Positions 38,004 to 49,200 of a stretch of DNA of 64,000 nt are shown here, one piece after another (the first letter of the stretch is position 1; the number at the start of each line of letters is the position of its first letter). The stretch lies in assembly GCA_038245905.1 (NCBI GenBank), contig JBBRRY010000001.1:1-64000 (forward strand), read 5' to 3'. The stretch comes from Thermoanaerobaculia bacterium. Its GTDB lineage: Bacteria; Acidobacteriota; Thermoanaerobaculia; UBA5066. The translations under genes and the position numbers were made by a program. Below the pieces are notes generated by a model. The model saw only the letters and a list, made by a program, of their open reading frames with translations. It ran no database searches and had not been told where the DNA came from.

Positions 38004-39351
38004 GCCGGTTGTAGACCGTCTTGAGGCTGATGCCGAGGAGCTCGGCCGCCGTCTTCCGGTCTCCCTTCACGGCCTGCAAGGTGGCGATCAGCAGCTTTCG
38101 CTCGACCTCTTCCAGCTTTTCTCCGACGCGCACCGGCACGGCGGGCCATGACTCGCCCGGCGGCTCCGCCTCCGGCGGGCGGTCGACCAGGTGCGACACG
38201 TCGAGGACCGCCTCCACGGCCTCTGTCTGAATGAGGGGCGGGTCGCTCAGGACATAAGTCCGATGCACCGCGTTCCGAAGCTCGCGCACGTTGCCAGGCC
38301 AGTCGTGACGGTCCAGCATGCCGAGCGCTTGCGCCTCGAACGATGTGAAACCGCGCCGCTCCTTCTCCTCGACCTGTGAAAGGAAGTGGCCCGCGAGAGC
38401 CGGGATGTCCGGCTTGCGCTCTCGCAGGGACGGCATGCGGAGAGGGAAGACGTTGAGCCGATAGAAGAGGTCGGGGCGAAACGACTTGCTTTTCACCGCC
38501 TCGGCCAGGTCGCGGTTCGAGCTCGCCACGAGCCGGACGTCGACGTCCAGCTCCTCGTTTCCGCCGACGCGCCGGAAGGCTCGGGTGTCGAGGACCCGAA
38601 GGAACTTCACCTGCAGCTCGGGCGGCATCTCCGTCACCTCGTCGAGGAAGAGGGTTCCTCCGTGGGCCATCTCGAAGGTGCCGGCACGGCGCCGCTCCGC
38701 CCCCGTGAACGCACCCTTCTCGTGCCCGAAGAGCTCGCTCTCGACGAGAGTCGGCGAGATCGCGCCGCAGTTGACTGCGACGAACGGTCCCCGAGCGCGC
38801 CGCGAGAGGGCGTGCACGGTGCGGGCCGCGATCTCCTTGCCCGTGCCGCTTTCCCCGGTGATCAACACGGGCGCTTCGGAACCCGCAACGCGGGAGATCA
38901 GACGGAAGACCTCCCGCATCGCAGGTGAGCGGCCGACCATTTCCCCGAGCTGACCCGTGCCCGCCGGCCCGAGATGTACGGCGGGCGGTGGAGCCCGATG
39001 CTCGGCAAGGCGCGCGAGAGCCGACGCGAGGAGAGTGGGCTTCAGGGGCTTGAGGAGGAAGTCGTAGGCGCCGGCCCTCATCGCGTCGACCGCGGCGAGG
39101 ATCGAGCCCTTGCCCGTCAGAACGAGAACGGCAGAATCCGGGCGAACCGCCTTCGCGGCGCGGATAACGTCGAGCCCATCCCCGTCCGGCAGCCCGAGGT
39201 CGGTGATGCAGACGTCCGGCGCTCCACGTGTCAATGCGTCGCGCGCCTCCGCAACCGAGCCAACGGCGGATGCCTCGTATCCGAGCTCCTGAATGAGCTC
39301 GACGAGCGACGCCCGGACCCTTGGCTCGTCCTCCACCACGAGGAGCTTCAT
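37945..39351 (-). CDS. NtrC-family sigma54-dependent response regulator
   Basis: REC (CITDLGLP), [36 protein letters not shown]-terminal HTH. Confidence 0.96.
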   Translation of the reverse strand: MKLLVVEDEPRVRASLVELIQELGYEASAVGSVAEARDALTRGAPDVCITDLGLPDGDGLDVIRAAKAVRPDSAVLVLTGKGSILAAVDAMRAGAYDFLLKPLKPTLLASALARLAEHRAPPPAVHLGPAGTGQLGEMVGRSPAMREVFRLISRVAGSEAPVLITGESGTGKEIAARTVHALSRRARGPFVAVNCGAISPTLVESELFGHEKGAFTGAERRRAGTFEMAHGGTLFLDEVTEMPPELQVKFLRVLDTRAFRRVGGNEELDVDVRLVASSNRDLAEAVKSKSFRPDLFYRLNVFPLRMPSLRERKPDIPALAGHFLSQVEEKERRGFTSFEAQALGMLDRHDWPGNVRELRNAVHRTYVLSDPPLIQTEAVEAVLDVSHLVDRPPEAEPPGESWPAVPVRVGEKLEEVERKLLIATLQAVKGDRKTAAELLGISLKTVYNRLKHYGLDHPALPGGRARGS

Positions 39352-40019
39352 GCTTCGCCCGGGCGCTCGGCGTCGCCTTCAAGCCGGACTGGCCACGAGA
39401 CGAGCGCCACGAGACGCCCATCGCGCTCGGTCAGCTCCAGCCGACCGCCATCGGCTTCGAGGGCGGCCCGGGCCACGAATAGAGACTCCGCTTCCTCGAT
39501 CCCGTGCGGCAGATCGAGGAGCCGCTCGGGACGACCATCGGCTATCACCCGCGACCCCTCGAAGGTCAAGGTCACCCGCCCGGTCTCGAGTCCCGCTCGT
39601 CCCATCGGCGAGGGCGTGCCGTCGCCTCGCGTCATGAACGACGCAACGCTCTGAATGGCCTCGGCCGACGACCTGTGCCGCAGCGGCAGCCGCGAAACGA
39701 CTCCGTCCTTTTCGTGGAGCGGAACACCCGCGGTGCGGCAGATGTCCGGGAGAGACGTCTCCTCCGGCCGCTCGCCGGCGATTTCCGCGAGGCGAAGCAA
39801 GAGGTCGAGGAGCCTGTTCGCCGTGCCCAAATCGGCCTGTGCCGCCCTGACCCGCTCCACCACCCACGAGGGATCAGCTCCGGACTGCGTCTTGAGCCGC
39901 CGATCGACGAGGTCGAGCTTCAGCGCGGCCGCCGAGAGCGGATCGGCCAGGGCATGCCGGAGAGCACGCAGGGTATGGGCGGATCCGCCCGCCGGTTCGG
40001 AAGGTGATGCGGCGTCCAT
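39348..40019 (-). CDS. Degenerate histidine-kinase-like protein (possible phosphotransferase)
   Basis: H-box-like [11 protein letters not shown]; HATPase-like tail ([16 protein letters not shown]) lacking N/G1/G2 boxes; ATGA overlap with the NtrC gene. Confidence 0.65.
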   Translation of the reverse strand: MDAASPSEPAGGSAHTLRALRHALADPLSAAALKLDLVDRRLKTQSGADPSWVVERVRAAQADLGTANRLLDLLLRLAEIAGERPEETSLPDICRTAGVPLHEKDGVVSRLPLRHRSSAEAIQSVASFMTRGDGTPSPMGRAGLETGRVTLTFEGSRVIADGRPERLLDLPHGIEEAESLFVARAALEADGGRLELTERDGRLVALVSWPVRLEGDAERPGEA

Positions 40020-40084
40020 ATCGACCGTCAATGAAAGTAGCACATCCGCCCGGGGGGCATCTCGTTCCAGGGAGGGCGTCGGGG

Positions 40085-40522
40085 TCAGGCCGCGAGGTGG
40101 TCGAGCATCGAGGAGAGCTGAGCGATGTGCTTCCGCTGCCGCGGGATCAGCTCGAGCTCGACGAGGTTTCGGGCGTCCTCGTCGAGCGAGTCCAAGGCGG
40201 TCTCGTACTCGGTGAGACCGCGCTCCTCGACCTCGAGAAGGGCGTCCAGAAACGCCTTCCTTTCGACCAGGACCGACTTGCCGTCGCCGTTAAAAGCGGC
40301 GGAGACCGAGTCTTGCCAGGAGTGCGCCAGGACATCGGGCGCTCCCCCCCGCGCATGAACGGATACCTGAAGAGCAGTGACCGTTCGCTGGTGCTCCGCG
40401 GCGAGCTGCAGGAGCTGGTCGCCCTCGGCGAGGGCCTTCTTCTTCATCGCGCGTAAGGCCGCCTGATATCCAGCCACGGCGGCGAGCTCGACGCGAAGGA
40501 GGGAGTTGAGTCTCTCGAGCAC
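40085..40522 (-). CDS. Ferritin-like four-helix-bundle protein (DUF2383-like)
   Basis: LNSLLRVELAAVAGY..EH..GGAP..EERGLTEY..QRKHI; GTG 40522 chosen because the ORF start at 40537 lies inside the sigma54 site. Confidence 0.8.
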   Translation of the reverse strand: MLERLNSLLRVELAAVAGYQAALRAMKKKALAEGDQLLQLAAEHQRTVTALQVSVHARGGAPDVLAHSWQDSVSAAFNGDGKSVLVERKAFLDALLEVEERGLTEYETALDSLDEDARNLVELELIPRQRKHIAQLSSMLDHLAA

Positions 40523-40533
40523 GTTTTGGCTAC

Positions 40534-40548
40534 GCACACAGTATGCCA
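40534..40548 (-). promoter_or_regulatory. Sigma54 -24/-12 promoter (ferritin-like / pseudo-kinase / NtrC unit)
   Basis: TGGCATA-CTGT-GTGC on the minus strand. Confidence 0.6.
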
Positions 40549-40752
40549 GCCATGGTCGCCGATGTTTGACGGTTCGCCGCCGTCTTCCCGGTCCCTCTGT
40601 TCAAAAATCGGCACGTTTGACGAAAGAGACCGGTAAGGCGTGCAGAGATGAGATGCCCCCGGGAGCGCAATTTTCGCCATCCACGAACCTGAGAGGTCGC
40701 CATGCGATATCTTCGCGGAGTCTTGGACGCGTAAACGATCTGGAGGAATGAA

Positions 40753-41253
40753 ATGGCTGCAAAGAAGAAAACGAAGAAAGCCGCCTCGAAACCTGCCCCC
40801 CGCAAGACGAAGAAGGCTTCGGCCAGGCCTGCGAAAAAGCGCGCGCCCTCAGTGGTGGCCGGACTGTCTCTGGTCGACGTCTCGCCGGGAGTGACGGTGA
40901 ACGACATCGAGAAGAGCCTCGTCTGGTACCGCGACGTCGTCGGCTTCGCCGAAGGGGAGCGCTGGATGCGGGACGGAAAGCTCGCGGGCGCCGAGCTCAA
41001 GGCCGGCAAGTCCACGTTCATGATCGGTCAGGACGACTGGAAGAAGGGCCGCGACCGCGTCAAGGGCGTCGGCTTCCGCCTCTACTGCACGACGACGCAG
41101 GACATCGACGCCCTCGCGAAGAAGATCGAGAGCCGAGGCGGCAAGCTCGACCAGCAGCCGACGGACCAGCCCTGGGGCATGCGCGACATCGCCATGACCG
41201 ATCCGGACGGCTTCAAGATCACGATCGCGAGAGAGCTGAAGAAGAAGCGCTAG
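40753..41253 (+). CDS. VOC/glyoxalase-family protein with Lys/Ala-rich N-terminal tail
   Basis: VNDIEKSLVWYRDVVGF, DQPWGMR...DPDG; GGAGG RBS. Confidence 0.88.
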   Translation: MAAKKKTKKAASKPAPRKTKKASARPAKKRAPSVVAGLSLVDVSPGVTVNDIEKSLVWYRDVVGFAEGERWMRDGKLAGAELKAGKSTFMIGQDDWKKGRDRVKGVGFRLYCTTTQDIDALAKKIESRGGKLDQQPTDQPWGMRDIAMTDPDGFKITIARELKKKR

Positions 41254-41274
41254 CGCCCCGAGGTCGTTCGCGCC

Positions 41275-41757
41275 TCAGTTGACGTCGTAAGGGAGCCGCT
41301 CGAGGAAAGCCGTCGCGAGCGGGTCCCCAGGGTTGAGGCGCAGCGCCTCTTCGAACTCCCGCGTCGCTTCCGAGGTCTGTCCGCGATCGAAGTAGAGCCG
41401 GCCGAGGTTCAGGCAGGGGAAGTGGCGCGGTTCGTAGCGCTCCGATCCCTTGGCTTTCTGGAACCATTCGATGGACTCCTCCGGCCGACCCAGGTGGACG
41501 AGATACGACCCGATGTCGTTGTACGGGTTGCCGAATGTGGGATCGGTCGCGATCGCCTTGCGGCATTCGGCGATGGCGTCCTCGTACCGCTCGAGAAACG
41601 AGTACGCCCAGCCGCGAAAGGTGTAGCCCTCGGCCGTCGGCTCCGACTCCAGAGACTCCGTGAAGAATCGGATGGCTTCCTCGACGTCCCCGTCGTGGAG
41701 CGCCCGGGTCCCTTTCTCACAGAGCCCCATCGCGTGCGAGCGAGCGACGTCCGACAT
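41275..41757 (-). CDS. Tetratricopeptide-repeat protein
   Basis: About four TPR units (AIRFFTESL, AIAECRKAI, NPYNDIG, EEALRLNP). Confidence 0.88.
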   Translation of the reverse strand: MSDVARSHAMGLCEKGTRALHDGDVEEAIRFFTESLESEPTAEGYTFRGWAYSFLERYEDAIAECRKAIATDPTFGNPYNDIGSYLVHLGRPEESIEWFQKAKGSERYEPRHFPCLNLGRLYFDRGQTSEATREFEEALRLNPGDPLATAFLERLPYDVN

Positions 41758-41821
41758 GACCCGAGTCTAGTCTCCCACGGGCAGAGCCGGTCCGCCCGAG
41801 TCCGGTTAAGCTCTACCGGGT

Positions 41822-42865
41822 ATGGCCATGCAGAAGACGTCCCGGCGGATTCCGCCCGCCCTCCTCCTCGCGGCGCTCATCCTGACGACCGGTGTCGTGC
41901 GCGCCGGGAAACCCGCCACCTTCGCCGACGTCGCCCGGACGAAACCCGACGTCACGATCCTCGTGACGGACTCGGGTCTCGGCGGGCTTTCCGTCGCCGC
42001 AGATCTCGCGGCGCGGCTTCCGGCCAGCGGCATCGTCCGCTCGGCGCGAATCGTCTTCGTGAACGCCGAGCCCGACGCCGTATTCGGGTACAACGACATG
42101 AAGAACGACGCGGACAAGGTGCGGATCTTCGACGGTGCGCTCTCCGCGATGGACGTCCGCTGGAAGCCCGACCTCGTCCTGATCGCCTGCAACACCCTCT
42201 CCGTCGTTTTCCCTCGGACTGAGCACGCGAGAACGGGCAGCACGCAGACCGTCGAGATCGTCGGTCTCGGCGCCGGCCTCATCCGGAAGGAGCTGGCCGC
42301 GAAACCCGACGAAACAGCTCTCGTCTTCGCGACGAAGACGACGATCGAGTCCGGCGCGCACAAGAAGCTTCTCGTCGAGCAGGGCGTCGCCGCCGACCAC
42401 GTCGTCGGCGAGGCCTGCCCGAAGCTCGCGGGCGCGATCGAGCGAGGGGTCGCGAGCGACGAGACGATCGGGTACGTGAAGAAGTTCGTCGCCGAAGCGC
42501 TCGAGAAGAGGCCTGTCAAGGGCGGCCCGCTCGTCGTGAGCCTCAACTGCACGCACTTTGGCTACGTGAAGTCCCTCTGGGAGCAGGCCTTCGCGGGCGC
42601 GGGTTACCCCGGGGTGAAGGTCCTCGACCCGAACCCCCTCATGACGGATCTCGTTCTCCAGGAGGGCGGCGCAAGGCGCTATCCCGAGACGAAGATTTCC
42701 GTCGAAGTCGTCTCGAAGGTGCCGATCGACGAGGCGACGCGCGCGAACCTCGGCTCGCTCCTCCGCACGACGTCACCCGAGACGGCCGATGCCCTCGGGA
42801 AGTACGTCCACGACCCCGGGCTTTTCCCGGCGAAGGTCGATCCCGCGGCGATCGTCGCGCGCTGA
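41822..42865 (+). CDS. Asp/Glu-racemase family protein with signal peptide
   Basis: DSGLGGLSV, IACNT, NCTHF (both catalytic Cys); N-terminal basic plus hydrophobic leader. Confidence 0.85.
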   Translation: MAMQKTSRRIPPALLLAALILTTGVVRAGKPATFADVARTKPDVTILVTDSGLGGLSVAADLAARLPASGIVRSARIVFVNAEPDAVFGYNDMKNDADKVRIFDGALSAMDVRWKPDLVLIACNTLSVVFPRTEHARTGSTQTVEIVGLGAGLIRKELAAKPDETALVFATKTTIESGAHKKLLVEQGVAADHVVGEACPKLAGAIERGVASDETIGYVKKFVAEALEKRPVKGGPLVVSLNCTHFGYVKSLWEQAFAGAGYPGVKVLDPNPLMTDLVLQEGGARRYPETKISVEVVSKVPIDEATRANLGSLLRTTSPETADALGKYVHDPGLFPAKVDPAAIVAR

Positions 42866-42882
42866 GGGCGCCCGCTCGGGAC

Positions 42883-43074
42883 CTAGTCGGACTCCCTCCG
42901 GCCCTCGAGATGGACGAGGTCGCCGCCCGGCGCTACGACGGCAATCACGATGGGCTGGCAGCAGACGCTGCAGTCCTCGACGTACTCCTGGCGCGCAACC
43001 GAGCAATCGACCTGAATCTCGATCTGCTCTCCGCAGTAGGGGCACTGCAGGAATGCGGCTTCCAGGTTGGTCAT
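42883..43074 (-). CDS. CPXCG-motif cysteine-rich small protein
   Basis: CPYCGE...YVEDCSVCCQP. Confidence 0.88.
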   Translation of the reverse strand: MTNLEAAFLQCPYCGEQIEIQVDCSVARQEYVEDCSVCCQPIVIAVVAPGGDLVHLEGRRESD

Positions 43075-43225
43075 CCCTCGAGATTACTCTCGCGAACCGA
43101 AGCCGGCATTTATCAAGCTCCGGGCGAACGGCTTGCGAAGCATTTCTCTCGATGGCAGACGCTATGCTCCCGGCCGGGTTAGGCTGTGAAGGGACCGTGA
43201 CGAACGAAACGATGGGAGCGATGCC

Positions 43226-46200
43226 GTGAGGAGTTTCAGGGACGCGCGGTCGGAAACGGCGCCGTTTCTCGACGACAGCGTGGGCTGGAATGCTCCCGCG
43301 CTGCTCGGGGAGATCCTCAGTCTCGAAACCCTCGAAGAGCGCGCGACGGCCCTCGCGGCCCATCTCACGCTGGCGCGCGAGTCGAAAAGGAGCAGCCGCG
43401 CTCATCTCGACCGCCTCGAGAGGAATATGGAACGGTTGCGCAGCGCGTACCTCGCGCTCGCCGACGACGTCCATCGAGGCGAGCCGCTCGCGCCTGCGGG
43501 GGAGTGGCTGCTCGACAACTTCCATCTGCTCGAGTCCGAGTCCCGGGCCGTGCGCCACGACCTGCCCCCGCGCTACTACAAGAAGCTCCCGAAGCTCGCC
43601 TCGCGGGAGCACGCGGGGACGGCGCGACTGTATGCCATGGCGGTCGAGCTCATCCGCTCGGGAGACGGGCGCCTCGATCTCGAGCGCCTGACGCGATTCC
43701 TGAAGGCGTATCAGACCGTGGCGCCGCTCACGATCGGCGAGCTGTGGGCCTGGCCCAGCATCCTGAAGCTGGCGCTGCTCGAGAACCTCCGCCGCCTCTC
43801 GGACGGCCTTCTCGCGCGGCGGCGGGGGCGCCGCGCCGCCGACGAGATCCGCGCCCGCCTCGAGCGCGGCGACCGTGCCGTGCCGCTCCCGAAGGTCCTG
43901 GATCCGGCCTTCGTCGCCCAGCTCCTCTCGCACATGCGCGAGTTCGATCCGCGCCTTTCCGTGCAGCGCGCCGAGCTGACGACGCGCCTCACCGAAGATG
44001 GGACGACCGCGGAAGACGCCGTGAGGGCGGAGCATCAGCGGCTCGCGACCGAGCAGGCGTCCACGGCGAACTCGATTACGAGCCTCCGCCTCGTGGCGGC
44101 GATGGACTGGAGCCGGTACGTCGAGGGCGTGAGCCTCATCGAGCAGATTCTGCAGCGGGATCCCGCGGGTATTTACGGGCGCATGGATTTCGAGAGCCGG
44201 GACCTCTACCGCCACGCGGTCGAGGAGCTTGCCGACCCCACGGGCGAGGCTCAGGTCCGCGTGGCGCTCCGCGTCGTGGCGAGCGCCCGGCGGCCTCCGG
44301 AAAGCCCTGGCTGGAAAGAACGGGCCGCGCACGTCGGCTATCACCTCATCGGAGGGGGGCGGCCCGACCTCGAGACAGACGTGGCCTTCCGCCTGCCGCT
44401 CCTCGGCCGCGTCGGGCGCGCGCTTTTCGCGCGGGCCGACGGCGTGTACCTCTCGGCCATCGCCTTTCTCACGTTTCTTGGGGTCCTCGTCGCGGTGACG
44501 CCTCTATGGGCAGGCGGCGCTTCCATCCGGGCCCAGCTTGCCGCGGCACTCCTGGTCCTCCTGCCGGCGAGCGAGATCGCCATCGCGCTGATCCAGCGCA
44601 TCGCGACCGGGCTTGTGCCCCCGCGCCGCCTCCCGCGGCTGGATCTCTCCAGCGGCGTGCCCGAGAGCGCGCGGACGATGGTCGTCGTTCCGACGCTCTT
44701 CTCGAGCGTGGAGGGGGTGCGCGGCCTGATCGACCACCTCGAAGTTCAGGCTCTCGGCAACCTGGACGCGAACGTCCATTTCGCGCTCCTCGGCGACTTT
44801 CTCGACGCCGAGACCGAGACGCTGCCGGAGGATGCCGGAATCCTCGCGGCGGCGCGCGCCGGGATCGAGGAGCTGAACAACCGTCACGCGGCCGGCAGGA
44901 ACGACCGCTTCTTTCTCTTCCACCGGTCCCGCACGTGGAATGCGAAAGAGGGCCTCTACATGGGCTGGGAGCGCAAGCGGGGGAAGATCGAGGAGTTCAA
45001 CCGCCTGCTCCGTGGGGCCACGGGAACCCGCTACACGCAGATCGTCGGCGACGTGGCGATCCTTCCGTCCGTCCGCTACGTTCTGACGCTCGACTCCGAC
45101 ACGCGGCTCCCGCGCGGAACGGCCCGCTCGCTGATCGGGATCCTCGCGCACCCTCTCCAGCAGGCGCACGTGGACCCGAGGCTCCGGCGGGTCACCGAGG
45201 GATACGGAATCCTCCAGCCCCGCGTCTCGATCACGCAATCCGGCGCGGCGGACTCGCTGTTCGCGCGCGTCTATTCGGGGCACACCGGAGTCGATCCCTA
45301 TTCGCGGGCCGTGTCCGATACGTACCAGGACCTCTTCGGAGAGGGCATCTTCACGGGGAAAGGCCTGTACGACGTGGACGCGTTCGTCGCGTCTCTCGAG
45401 GGCCGCGTCCCGGAGAACGCGCTGCTCTCACACGACCTCTTCGAGGGCCTCTACGCGCGCACGGCCCTCGTGTCGGACGTCGAGGTCGTGGACGACTATC
45501 CGGCGAACGTCCTGGCCCACGCGCGGCGGCAGCATCGCTGGGTGCGGGGCGACTGGCAGATCCTCCTGTGGCTGTTCACGTTCGTCCCGGCGCGGCACGG
45601 CATCGTGCGAAACCGTCTTCCGTTGATCAGCCGCTGGAAGATCCTCGACAACCTCAGGCGCAGCCTCGTGGCGCCGGCCCTGCTCGCGCTCTTCTGCGCC
45701 GCCTGGACCGTCCTGCCCGGAGCGCCTCTTCTCTACACGCTCTTCGGGCTCACGGTCCTCGCGCTCCCTCTCGTCTTTGCGCTTATGGGAGGGTCGCTGG
45801 TCGAGCGCGGCCGCGGACCCGTGCGCGTTTACGTGCGTGGCGTGCTGACGGACCTCGCCATCGCCGCCGCGCAGTCCTTCCTGGCTCTCGTTCTCCTGGC
45901 CCAGCAGGCGTGGGACACGGTACACGCCGTCACGCTGACGCTCGTCCGGCTCCTCGTCACCCAGAGGCGCCTTCTCGAATGGGAGACCGCCGCGGCCCAG
46001 GCGGCGCGTGCGGCGGGCCTCCTCAGCGCCGGCGCTCGCTCGTTCCTCGCGGAGATGATCGCGAGCCCGCTCGTTGCGGTCGCGGTCGTCGCGATGACGC
46101 TCTCGGTGCGTCCCACAGCGCTCTGGCTTGCGGTTCCGTTCGCGGCCGCGTGGATTGCGGCGCCCTTTGTGGCGTTTTGGCTCAGCCGGCCGCTCCAGGC

Positions 46201-49200
46201 GACGAGCCGCCGGCTCTCCGAGGACGAACGGGCCTATCTCCTCGATATCGCGCGAGGGACGTGGACCTATTTCGAAAAACTCGACGGCGACGTAGACCAT
46301 GGCCTGCCGCCGGACAACTATCAAGAGGATCCGGGCCCGGCGGTCGCGCACCGGACGTCCCCGACGAACATCGGCATGGCCCTTCTGTCCACGCTTGCGG
46401 CGCACGATCTCGGGTTCCTCGCGACGGAGAAGCTGCTCGCGAGGCTCGAACGCACGATCGCGACGGTGGAAGGGCTCGAGCGCCACGAAGGACATCTGCT
46501 GAACTGGTACGACACGCAGACGCTCGCACCTCTCTTCCCGCGCTACGTGTCGACGGTCGACAGCGGCAACCTGGCCTGCGCGCTCGTCGCGCTGGCGCAG
46601 GGGCTCGTGGCGCTTTCGCGGTCGAAGAGCGAGCTGGAACCGAGGCTCGTCTCGCTCGCTGCCCGCGCGTTGGCTCTCGCGAACGGGATGCGTTTCGCCT
46701 TCCTGTACCGGGCCGACCGGCAGCTCTTCGCGATCGGGTACCGCCTGGCCGACGCGAACGGTCCGGGCGGGCTGGACGGCTCCTCCTACGACCTCCTCGC
46801 TTCGGAGGCGCGGCTCGCGAGCTTCTTCGCAATCGCCAAGGGCGACGTGCCGCAGAGCCATTGGTTCCACCTGGGCCGGCTCGTCGTGAGCGTGGAGGGG
46901 GTCCCGACGCTCGTGTCGTGGAGCGCCACGATGTTCGAGTATCTGAAACCTCTCCTCCTGACTCGCAGCTACCCCGGGACGCTGCTCCATGAATCCTGCC
47001 GCATGGTCGTGAAGCGCCAGCGTTCCTACGCGAAGTCGCGTGGCGTGGCCTGGGGAATCTCGGAGTCGGCGTACGCGATGGTCGACCGTCAAGGCACCTA
47101 CCAATACAAAGCCTTCGGCGTTCCGGGTCTCGGGCTCAAGAGAGGCCTCGGCGACGAGCTCGTCATCGCCCCGTATGCCTCGGCTCTCGCGGCGATCGTG
47201 GATCCCTCCGCCGCTGTCTCCAACCTGAGGCGGCTCGCCGACGAAGGCGCGCGCGGAGCCTGGGGCTTCTACGAGGCCGTCGATCACACGGATCGCCGCG
47301 TTTCCGCGGAAGAGCGCGACGCAGAGCCCGAGGGCCACGTCGTCAAGGCGCATTTCGCGCATCACCAGGGAATGACGCTGGTCGCCATCGCGAACGCTCT
47401 TCTGGAGGACGTGATGGTCGAGCGCTTCCACGCCGACCCCCGGGTGAAAGCCACCGAGCTGCTCCTCCAGGAGCGGGTACCGAGACAGGCCCCGATCATC
47501 GACCCGCACCCCGCGAAGGAATCCCACTCCGCGGCCCCTGTCATGGCCGTGCCGCCTCGTCGCCTCCGGTCGCCGCACACGCCCTATCCCCGCGCGCACA
47601 TTCTCGGCAACGGCGCCTACGTCTCGATCGTGACGAACGCGGGCGGAGGAGCGAGCCTCTACAAGGACCGCGCCGTCACACGGTGGCGCGAGGACCCGAC
47701 GGCGGATCCGGGCAGCCAGTTCCTCTATCTCAGGGACGTCCACTCGGGAGACGTATGGTCGGCGACGTACCAGCCGACGTGTCGCGAGGCGGACGAGTAC
47801 GTCGTCGATTTTCTGTCCGAGAAATCGGTCTTCCGGCGCCGGGACCACGAGATCGAGGCGCGTCTCGAGGTCGGCGTGTCACCCGAGGACGACGTCGAGG
47901 TCCGCAGGATCACGCTCCGGAATCGGAGCGAGCGGCCGCGTGAGATCGAGGTCACGAGCTACGCGGAGATCTCCCTCGGGACGATCGCGGAGGACATGGC
48001 GCATCCCGCATTCGGCAAGCTCTTCGTGGAGACGGCCTGGGCGGGGGAGAGTACGGCGCTGCTCGCGCACCGCCGCCCGCGCTCGCCGGGCGATCCGAAT
48101 CTCTGGGCGCTCCACGTCTTGAGTCTCGACCGCCGGATCCAGGCGCCGATCGAGTGGGAGACGGACAGGGCCCGCTTCCTGGGCCGCGGGCGTGGACCGG
48201 ACGATCCTCAGGCCCTCGACGGACGGGCCCTCTCGGGCACGACGGGCGCCGTCCTCGACCCGATCCTGAGCCTCCGGACACGCGTGCGCCTCGCTCCGGG
48301 AGGCAGCGTGCGCCTCTGTTTCGCGACGGGAGTGGCCGGCGACGAAGACCGCGCGCGGGCCCTCGCCCAGAAGTATCACGATACGGGCGCCGCCGCGCGC
48401 GCGTTCCACCTCGCGCACACCCACACGCAGATCGCGCGCGAGCACCTCGGGATCCAGGCGGACGCGGCCCAGCTCTTCGACCGCCTCGGGTCGCGCGTCT
48501 TCTTCTCCGATGCCTCCCTCCGCGAGTCGGGAGAGATCCTCGCGAAGAGTACGTTGGGCCAGAACGGCCTCTACGGCCACGGAATCTCGGGCGACCTCCC
48601 GATCGTGCTCGTCCGCATCGTCGAGTCCGACGACCTGCCCCTCGTCCTCCAGGTGCTGAAGGCGCAGGAGTACTGGCGCCTCGTCGGACTGAAGGCCGAC
48701 CTCGTCGTCCTGAACGAGCACCCCGTGAGCTACCTCGACGAGATGCACGAGCAGCTCACGACGCTCATCGACGGGGGATCGTGGTCGTCCTGGAAGGGCC
48801 GGTCCGGCGGCGTGTTCCTCCTGCGCGGCGACGGGATGCCCGATGCCGAACGCATCCTCCTCCTGACGGTCGCGCGCGCGGTCCTCTCCGGGGAGCGGGG
48901 CGAGCTCGCCGCCCAGCTCGATCGAAACACCCCGGAGCCTCCGCGCCCGCTCAAGGCGCCTCTCGTCGACGAGGGCGGCGGAAACGAGCCGGAACCGCCC
49001 GTGCCGCCGCTCGTCATGGGCAACGGGCTCGGGGGATTCTCGCCGGACGGCAAGGAGTACGTCGTCGTGCTCTCGGGCAGCGCCGAGACGCCGCTTCCAT
49101 GGGTGAACGTCATCGCGAACCCGCGCTTCGGCACGATCGTGACGACGTCGGGCGCTTCGACGACGTGGTCGGAAAACAGCCGCGAGAACCGGCTCACGCC

